A stretch of DNA of 64,000 nt from the NCBI GenBank assembly GCA_951406725.2, contig OX597816.1, positions 68,014,001 through 68,078,000 of the forward strand, given 5' to 3'. Source of the stretch: Octopus vulgaris. Lineage: Eukaryota. Under the pieces are notes generated by a model that was not told the DNA's origin, ran no database searches, and saw only the letters and a list, made by a program, of their open reading frames with translations. Made by a program: the position numbers and the translations under genes. Below are positions 53,966-64,000 of the stretch, in pieces; the first letter of the stretch is position 1; every line of letters begins with the position of its first letter.

Positions 53966-55549
53966 CTTTCCAAAAAAGGATTAATTAAATAGTGTTTAAG
54001 CACTCTTTCGTAGCCCTGTTTCTAATGAAATACTCTGCCTATTTGTTCCAAATGTTTGTAAAATATCAATAGTTTGGGAAAAAAATTAGTAAAACGAGTT
54101 TTCATTACTAATTTGCTGAAGTGCGGCAAACTGGGAGAGTCGTTAGAGCGTTGGAAAAATATCTTGCAGTATTTGTTTCGATATATTACGTTCCGAGTTT
54201 AACTTTGTCTTTTACCATTCCGGGGTATTCCTTTCCAGTCGATATGTCTGAGTTAGTCCAAGGATTGAAACCACCATCAATTTTGAAAGTCTGGGAAAGT
54301 CGATTACATTGACCTCTGAGCTCAACTGGTACTTGTTTTAACGACCCTGAAAGAATCAAAAGCAAAGTTGACCTCGGCGACATTCGAACGTAAAGTGCCA
54401 GAAGAAATGCCGCTAAGCATTTTGCCCAGTGTGGTAACGATTCTGCCAGCTCACCGCCTCAGTTAAACTAAATTAAGATTGACTCATTTCTCATAAAGTT
54501 ACTATATTTTATGGATGGGGAGGTATTTGGAAGGTATGACTTTCATGCATTTCTCCAGACCATTAGTGGTGTATATTAAAAATTCAATACGATTTGTCTT
54601 ACCTGATGGATATAAAATTGTTTTCCGTGGCGTTTCTTTTTTCCGCCATTTTGCCCGGCGATTTTGAAACCACACCTTATAATAAATAAAATGAAATATA
54701 TTAAAAATAATTGAATAAATACGACTAAGAATAGACAGATATTCTTATGGTCAGTTAGGAAAATAGTATTACATATATATTAATTTGCTATACGTTCTAC
54801 ACCAACGTGTAGAACGTACATATGACGAATCATCAGTATACATTATCCTTGCTTACACAATTAAATCTTATGCGATATAACGGAGAAGCTTCTATGTGGT
54901 CACATGGCGGGTTAGAAAAGGTAGCTCACCCTCAAATCATGCACACTTTTTTCAAAAGGAAGATTCTATCTGGATGAAAGAGTTCTATCCATGGTTTTCG
55001 CAGTTGATAGTGTCTGCCCAATCGTAATTGACCTGGGGTTGAATGACAGTGAACAACACTAGGTTAGTGGTTCGTATTTTATTAAACATAATGTAGTAAC
55101 CCTTTGGTCGGCCCGAGGCTAAAGTAGAAGAAACTTACCCAAGGTGCCACGCAGTGGGACTGAACCCGGAAGCATGTGATTGGTAAGCAATCCACTCCTA
55201 CGCCTTCTAAAATGATAATTGTAAACAGTGACGAAAACCACGAAGATCCCAAATCGACTCCAGTATTTATATTTTTAAGCCTGGCGCTTATTCTCTCGGT
55301 CTCTTTTGCCGAACCCGCTAAGCTATAGGAATGTAAACAAACGAACACCAGTTGTCAAGTGATGGTAACTGAAAGAAGTGTGAAAAAAGTATGTCATATG
55401 ACGATAGGGACGATCCCTTGTTGTCTCGTTAGTTATAGTTCTTCTAGTTAGCCCAGGTCAATTCTCATCTAACAGCGTGTCTACATTCACATTAGCTAAT
55501 GCGCGCATCCTTTCCACAAAACGGTAGAGCATGGTCTGAGGGAGATTAA

Positions 55550-55550
<1 letters not shown>

Positions 55551-55580
<30 letters not shown>

Positions 55581-56073
55581 CTTCTTCTTCTTCTTCTTCT
55601 TCTTCTTCTTCTTCTTCTTCTTCTTCCAATCAGGACTCATTCATTCGCCACAAAGAATAATCTCTAATTCGAGCCTACTCTAAGCTACTAAGAATGCGTG
55701 TGGCAACTTGAAGATCCATCTGCCACACGCGATAGACTGGCGGTTGCACGGGCGCAAAAGCTACGTTGTTATTCTCATTCCGTAAACGGTGGCTTTTAAC
55801 GGGTGGAGAGCTGAACCATCCTGGGGTACAGAGGATTCGCAATCTCGACTAGGGTCTGAAAGTTTACCACACCATAGTGGGTTACACCATGGTTACTCTG
55901 CTTTGTGGCAGAAGTAGGAAGAATGAGTGAGAGAAAGTTGTGGTGGGAGAGTACAGCGGGGTTCAACCCCAACGTCGGAGCCTCGGGGAGCCTAGGTGTT
56001 TTTGCTCAATAAATACTCGAAATTCTTACGACCGCGAGTCTGATGCCCTAACCACTGGGCCATTGCACCTCCA
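55551..56073 (-). mobile_element. SINE family D head with a long distinct body and (AAG)n tail
   Basis: Head at 56073, body 55627-55910, (CTT)n 55551-55626 reads as a 3' (AAG)n tail. Confidence 0.65.
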
Positions 56074-56943
56074 CACTGCTGATGCTTACAGGTCGAGCAG
56101 CTACGTTGACACAAACTCATTACTCATTCGACAGTTACTAAATTTTCTAGAATCTACGTGACTCAACAAACCATACACTTTTGCTCCGTAAAAATGGAGG
56201 TTTTTCAGCAGAAATTTGCTCAACATACAACACACCCTCCATGTTGCTACCATCCTACTTTTCAATAATAGTTGGCATCTCTCTTTGGATTACATTACGA
56301 TATTTGTAGGAAGTACAGTGTAAGGGTGGGTGGAGGCGATCCAAGTGATTCCAGAGTAGAAGGAAGAGGAGAAAATGTTTCACGTCGTATTCCATAATTC
56401 CATCAGGAAAACAAATATTACTGATTAGTTTAATTATAGCAATGAGGAATTATACTAGTGTAAACTTATGAATTAAGATATCGTATGACACATTCTTCTC
56501 TATTATTAATCACAATCGACTATAATTACATTTTTTTCTTTAAAGGAGAATTTTTTACGTTTACTGTAACGATACGTATGCATGCGTGCATATAAACGTT
56601 AATGTTATGTACGTACGAAAGTTACACACATGTACACGGTTATATACATATGTACACATCCGCACACAAACACACACACACACACTGGTATATCTACGTG
56701 TGTGTTTATAGGTGCGCGTGTACGTGTATCCACATGTGTGTGTGTGAGTGCGTGTGTGTGTGTGAGTGTGTGTGTGTGTGTGTGTGGTTTTTATCGGGCA
56801 GCCGTTGACATTCTCTAGCCAGATGGTTTTTCACATAATATTTTCACGTTTCTATTTATAGCTTTATCTACTTCGAGTTCAACCGTTAAAAACAAATTAG
56901 CTCACGTTCTCTCGAAGTTTCAAAACTCTTATAACGTAAACAA

Positions 56944-57082
<139 letters not shown>

Positions 57083-58113
57083 TTGTTTTATGCCATTTTT
57101 ATATTCGACAGATATGTCAGAAAATGCAGTATGCGCCTATGTCTAGTCTAGTCACGGCATAATACTATATAAAATATAAATAAACAACTTTTTTTATTTT
57201 AAAATTTTCTGTGAAATACGTATCTTTAGCCTGAATCGGATCTTGATTAGAATCGTGATTAACACCGGCTCCGATTAATCAAATCTATGCACCTTTGTGA
57301 ATCATTTGCTATCCGAACCAATGAAAAACAAGCTTATGAAGAATCCATAAAGTAAAAGACATGACCTATTTCCCCTTCAATTTGTCTATACATGCCAAGC
57401 GAAACGGAAGTTTATTTATTTTTATTTTCAAATATATATACGTATTTGTTCGAATCGATTCTAGTTTGGAAAAAATTTGCAGCTAAAATTATGCAAGTTT
57501 TCTGTTAAGAATTGTTCTGAAGAACTGCATTCATTTCAAAACTTTCTATCTCTGTTTTCACTCTAAGGACTGTTCCTTAATGGAATTAAATATATATTAT
57601 GTCGGCGAGATTTTCCCATATATCTCAGCACAGAAATTTTCTTAACAGTTCATATTCTTTCATTTCTTGATTGTTAAAAAATGTCTTATAACGAGTATTG
57701 CTCCCTTCACCCATTTACTTAGGGGTGTATTATGAATAGGGTTTTTCAGAAATAATTGTCCAAATCCTGTCCGTAAGAACTAGTTTCTGCTTCAGTATGG
57801 CCCAGAGATCCAAACGCATTTCATATCCCTGGTGTCAGAGCATATACCAACCAATATACTATTGTGTGCGTGCGCGCGCGCGCGTGTGTGTATGTGTGTG
57901 TGTGTGTTTGTGTGTGTATGAATGTATGTAGGTTTTGCTCATATATATACGTAAGGTTAAATCTGTCTAATTATATATGTAACTATATATGTATGTGTAT
58001 GTATTTGTATATATGTACTCATGTATGTGTATTTATATATTTATACATATACATACATTGCTACACATACACACATACACACACATATGTATACACATGT
58101 ATCTGTATGTATG

Positions 58114-58151
<38 letters not shown>

Positions 58152-58160
58152 AATATCTGC

Positions 58161-58239
<79 letters not shown>

Positions 58240-58561
58240 GGTGTACGTATGTAGGTGCGTATATATGATTATTTACAAATGCAACAAATGTCCATTGCAT
58301 TGCATTAAATTGCTTCAGTACAGTGAAGTGATGTTGGTGCATGTTGATGCAGCTGGGGGGATTGTTTTCACTGGTTTGCTTAACCCTCTCCTGTGCAGCG
58401 TTTTAAACTGAATAAATAACTGTGAATACCTCACAGCACCGCATGACACAGATAATAGGTTCGCACCATGCCTAATCTTACATATTTTTTATTATTTCGT
58501 CATAGAGTTTTTTCTTCATGCATTGCCATTTTTTTTAATTATAAAGGAATTATATTATGTT

Positions 58562-59005
58562 GGTTTCATATTTTGGCACAAGGTCAGCAATTTCGGGGTG
58601 GTGGGTAAGTCAATTACATCGAATCCAGTGCTCAACTGGTACTTATTTTATCGACCCGAAAGGATTAAAGGTAATGTCGACTTCGGCAGGATTTGTACTC
58701 AGAACGTAAAAAGCCTGAAGAAATGTCGCTAAGCATTTTGCCCGGCGTGCTAACGATTCTGCAAGCTCGCCGCCTTAGCCATATCTTAAATACCCTTTCT
58801 ACTATAGGCACAAGGCCTGAAATTTAAGGAGAGGGAGCTAGTCGATTACATCGACTCCAGTACGCCACTGGTACTTATTTTATTGAATCAAAAAGGATGA
58901 AAGGCAAAGTCGACCTCGGCGGAATTTGAACTCAGACCGTAAGGACGGACGAAATGCCGCTAAGCATTTCGTCCGGCGTGCTAACGATTGTGCCAGCTCA
59001 TCGCC
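58562..59005 (-). mobile_element. Two tandem family B SINEs
   Basis: Copies at 58562-58774 and 58794-59005. Confidence 0.85.
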
Positions 59006-59894
59006 TGAATCATATTTTAAATATAATGCAAGGAAGAGTTCATGAGTTTTAAGCTACCCAGTGTAAATAAAAGATTAAAACATTGAAGTAAAAGAATATG
59101 CTAAAATTTATTTGTAGCGTAAACTTCGCAAATCACAAATCTGAGTCTCCCGTCAGCGGCTTTAAATAGGAAAGAAGCAACAGATCGTATTTTCATATAC
59201 TAAACGAAAAACTGTTCAATATTAGAGGTAAACAAAAGAAAATCTCACGAGCCTTGAACAGTTAAGCATTTTGAATTGTTTCAGTAAAATTGTGATTCAT
59301 GGTTAAAAAAAAAAAAAAAAAAAAGATGGAAATAAACTCAGAACTAATAAATTTAAATGGAAACGCCTTTGGAACAATAAATTCAGCCTTTCAGAAATGG
59401 AAATAACATGCTTATTATTATCCCGAATATATAGTTTTGCATAATATAATAATTCTAAATGGATTTAAATCTTCAAATAGCTTTAAGTTAAACTATAGAA
59501 ATAACGCTAGATATGTTTGAACAACTCCATTTCGAAGTATTATTACGCTTTTTAATATTTATTTTGAAAGGGTTTTCAGTCAAGCCAATTTACTCATTAG
59601 AAATTGAATAATTAACTGAATGTTTTCTCGCCGTAAACAAGCGATTTCGTAAGGCATAAAACTGGTGCTTGTGTGTAAAACATGTACGCAATCAGGAAAG
59701 ATAGAAAATGTTTATCCGCCTATAATTTTAACTACTCTTTTACTCTAAAGGAGCACCGCCTTTAGTCGAGCAAATCGACCCCAGGTCTTATTTTGCCCTG
59801 CGTGCTAACGGTTCTGCCAGCTTGTCGCCCTAAGTTTGTTATTGTAAGAACTTCTTTCGAGTACTCAGTCGTTTCGAATTAAACCCATCATTAA

Positions 59895-60044
59895 CCCGTA
59901 TTAACCCACTGTCCTCGTTTGAGGACATTTGTATTTGGTTTATTTACTGCAATAAAGGTTAACTGGACGCTTTCGTATGTTTGTTATTCCTCTTTATATA
60001 ACCATCTTCAAAATTTCGACAGGGTTAACCTAGGTTAAAATGGG
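59895..60044. mobile_element. piggyBac-type MITE
   Basis: TTAA-CCCGTATTAACC...GGTTAAAATGGG-TTAA. Confidence 0.65.
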
Positions 60045-60685
60045 TTAAGTGAATGGCAGTAGATAGTTCTCACTTCTTTGTCCAAACAAAGATTATTGCG
60101 ATATTTGTTATCCTATATAAAATGTAGCTTGCTCGTTCCTTTGGAACCAGAGTATTCATAGAGTGACTCACTCAGGGATTGAAATCGTCCCGCCAGGTTA
60201 AGTACAACACTTAGCACTTGAGATTTAATCAAGTTTTACGATAATTATTCCATTGCTTTTCTAAACGCAAAGGAACAGAATTTGGAATGTGTGTGTGTGT
60301 GTTTGTGTTTGTGTCTGTGCTGTGTTTGATCTCCACCAGCGCTAGAAAATCAGTAATGGTTTATTTAAGTCCCCGTAAATTATCGGTTCGGCAGCATTGT
60401 GGTAAGCACCAAATCTAAATATAAGTATTGGAGTCGATTTGTTCGAATAAACCCTTCAGTGTGGTGCCCCATATTGGCCGCAGTCGAATGATTAAAACAA
60501 GTAAAGATTTAAAAGAAATAAAAGATTCTCTCTCTCTCTCACACACACCGAGATTCGACGAGTTTCTGTAAAATTTGTTTCCTAACTTTTATTCACAACT
60601 CTTTCTACGGTCCCACGATTCTGTGGTGACGATGGTACACAAACTCACATACATATAAACATACATACATACATACATACATACA

Positions 60686-60716
<31 letters not shown>

Positions 60717-60804
60717 CGGGAGAGTTTACGAAAAAAACAAAAGACGAAGGCAGGTGTTGTACAAAACAAACAGATGTATTAGCATAACGCTCAGGAATAG
60801 AAAA

Positions 60805-60848
60805 CGTCTTTTACGTTTCGAGCCTACGCTCTTCTACAGAAAGGGACG
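60805..60848 (-). ncRNA. A6U hammerhead-like motif (copy 3)
   Basis: CGTCCCTTT-CTGTAGA-A-GAGC(gtag)GCTC-GAAA-CGTA-AAAGACG. Confidence 0.6.
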
Positions 60849-60985
60849 CAGAAAAAACTAGGAGAGAAAAAAATGTGTGTAGTGGCTAACGATCTATCTA
60901 TATATATATAGTTAATCCAAACAAGAAAACACAGAAAAAAACACAGCAACGCGAGGACGTGGAACAATTAAAGTATTATTTGACG

Positions 60986-61516
<531 letters not shown>

Positions 61517-61571
61517 GTCTATATACATCTGTATTCATACATGCATATATGCAAATGTCTACACGCACGCA

Positions 61572-61609
<38 letters not shown>

Positions 61610-61736
61610 CTATGTATATATATAAATATATATGTAAATATATATATATCTATAAATATATAAATATATATATATATAAATGTATCATCAATTACTATAT
61701 ATGTCGACAAAACGAAAACAATCATGCTCACACCTA

Positions 61737-61786
<50 letters not shown>

Positions 61787-61814
61787 ACTCTATCGGGTGA
61801 TGTATATATGGATA

Positions 61815-61892
<78 letters not shown>

Positions 61893-61898
61893 GTATAC

Positions 61899-61975
<77 letters not shown>

Positions 61976-62263
61976 CAGACATATACACACACACATACAT
62001 ACAGACACAAAGCTAAACAGACACATACAAACACGATCTTTCCAATGTACCGCGTCAACTGAACTGGTGAATTTATACAGCTGCTGGTTCATTTCCATTG
62101 CAGACAGCTATTTAGAAGGAGAGGCATGCCGAATATTCTAAACACAAATTAGTTAATTTCTCACTGCTAATTATCTTTTCCTAGTTGGCCCACCAGGGAA
62201 TTTAGTATTACCACTGTCCTTAAACACACTTTTTTTTTGTACTACCCCGCTGCTCCCATTTAC

Positions 62264-62333
62264 CTACACCACACCCGCGGCTACCCGTCGACAGCCTCGG
62301 TGGTGGTGGCGGCGGCGGCGGCGGTGGTGGCAT
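62264..62333 (-). CDS. Speculative first coding exon MPPPPPPPPPPPRLSTGSRGCGV
   Basis: ATG at 62333, donor AG/GTAAAT at 62263, phase 1 matches the 49334 exon; GC-rich island. Confidence 0.25.
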
Positions 62334-62669
62334 CCACCGCCATCACCATCAGTTTTAACATCAACATCACCCCCTAACACCACCACTGCCATCAACATCG
62401 CCTCCATCGCCACCATCTCCACTATCGCCGCCACCACCACCACCATGATAATCATCATCATTACCACTCTCACCCACCGCCACCACCACCACCACCAGTG
62501 CGCAACAGTATTAAACAGTATTAATATCCAGTTCAGTCGGGCACCGGAAGTCCGATCATTGGTGCCAACGTTCTACGAGGGAACAAAAGGAGACTTCTCG
62601 ACCCAGGGCTGAAACACGTCTCATTGCTAATGCTTTCGAATCATGGGTAATTTGGTGATGTGATTGTTA

Positions 62670-62719
<50 letters not shown>

Positions 62720-62840
62720 GTATAATTTGCTATAATTGGAATTGAGTAGGAAGGGCGGTGCCCATAGTCGTTCCATACTCTACTTGTTTGGCGGGTAGGG
62801 CGTCTGGACAGATGACCACAACCACTATCATCATCGTCAT

Positions 62841-62888
<48 letters not shown>

Positions 62889-63360
62889 AAGCAATTGTAG
62901 TAGTAGTAGTAGTTTACAACCTATTCCCTTAGCCTTTACAAGCCGAGGCACGTGTCGATGATTTAATAGGGGCGAACAGAGGTTAATCTCAATGATTTAT
63001 TAAACCTTTTCCTTTTTCCTTTAAAACGCCTTGTTTCTATGAGTTTTCTACTGAGTAAAACATGATGCTAGTCATAACGAAATGGTTCTGTCTCGTATTT
63101 TCCCTTTTATTTGGGTTGTCTTTGATACAAAGCTACCGTCTTTGATCAAAACTAGACCGAGGATGGGCGCCTGGTTTTCATTGTGATCACAACGACTGAA
63201 CAGGGATAGTTAAATGCTGTAACGACTCTTGTATTTTACAGAAGCTCTGTGAAGAACATGAGTCACGATAACAGGGGTCATTTTTTTTAAACATGAGAAT
63301 CCTGGATTCGATTTCGCCAACTGCTTCACTCCACCTTATCACATTATTCATGGCCTTGAA

Positions 63361-63950
63361 GGCGGCGAGCTGGCAGAAACGTTAGCATGCCGGGCGAAAT
63401 ACTTAACTGTATTTCGTCTGTCGTTACGTTCTGAGTTCAAATTCCGCCGAGGTCGACTTTGCCTTTCATCCTTTCGGGGTCGATAAATTAAGTACCTGTT
63501 ACTCACTGGGGTCGATGTAATCGACTTAATCCGTTTGTCTGTCCTTGTTTGTCCTCTCTGTGTTTAGCTCCTTGTGGGTAGTAAGGAAATAGGTATTTCG
63601 TTTGTCTTTACGTTCTGAGTTCAAATGCCGCCGGGGCCGACATGGCCTTTCGTCCTTTCGGGGTCGATAAATTAAGTACCAGTGAAGTTCTGGGGTCGAT
63701 GTAATCAACCATCTCCCCGAAACCTCAGGCCTTGTGCCTGTAATAGAAAGGCTTATTCGTGGATTTGGGTTTTTCTTAGAAACTATTTATATTATTATGG
63801 AAGGCGATAGAAATCCCGCCGTGGTCGACTTTGCATTTCATCCTTGCGAGGTCAATGAAATAAGTACCAGTTCAATACTGGGGGTCGATGTATTCTATTT
63901 AGCCCCTCCCGCAAAATTGCTGGCCTTGTGTCAAAAGTTGAAACCATTAT
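63361..63950 (+). mobile_element. Family B SINE with internal repeat, plus a further partial copy
   Basis: ggcggcgagctggcagaaacgttagc head; gcctttcatcctttcggggtcgataaattaagtacc domain repeated (Deu/Nin-like by recall). Confidence 0.9.
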
Positions 63951-64000
63951 CTGCGCTGTTGCTTTTATTATCTTTCATCGCCTTCATTTAATATATTTAC

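Noticed and set aside
55627-55930. HDV-like ribozyme on the minus strand (P4 ccacaaag/ctttgtgg, CGAA, ctcattc/gaatgag)
   Set aside because: Only about 12 nt lie between the putative P2 and P4; there is no room for P3, L3 and the P1 3' strand.
62506-62523. Tandem CAGTATTA miR-8/200-type seed sites
   Set aside because: A simple 10-bp duplication; no evidence of a plus-strand 3' UTR here.
62185-62612. Plus-strand exon (acceptor at 62184, about 140 open codons)
   Set aside because: The openness is explained by CAC/CAT/CGG triplet repeats, and the peptide (WWWRRRRRWW, IIIII) is implausible; not excluded without RNA data.

Overview
Eukaryotic, AT-rich, repeat-dominated genomic DNA. The microsatellite load and tRNA-derived SINE families resemble coleoid cephalopod (Octopus-like) DNA; this is inference from recall, not a search. 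Almost all ORFs in the supplied track are microsatellite translations. Recognisable coding remnants are: a decayed mariner transposon (16099-17372) nested in a SINE; a 5'-truncated R4/Dong-type non-LTR retrotransposon inside a (TAA)n tract (42087-44501); RTE, RLE and Penelope-like GIY-YIG fragments; several MITEs; and a non-autonomous Helitron. One likely host coding exon lies on the minus strand (48778-49334), and a small Cys-rich ORF sits behind a heat-shock-element array (30627-31116). The most striking signal is a set of about eleven type I hammerhead-ribozyme motifs from several Penelope-like/retrozyme-like families. They include a fully canonical one inside a 551-bp terminally redundant non-coding unit, natural G3-C8 and U3-A8 core covariants, and a family with A6U in all copies. 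Many of them sit in foldback hairpins.
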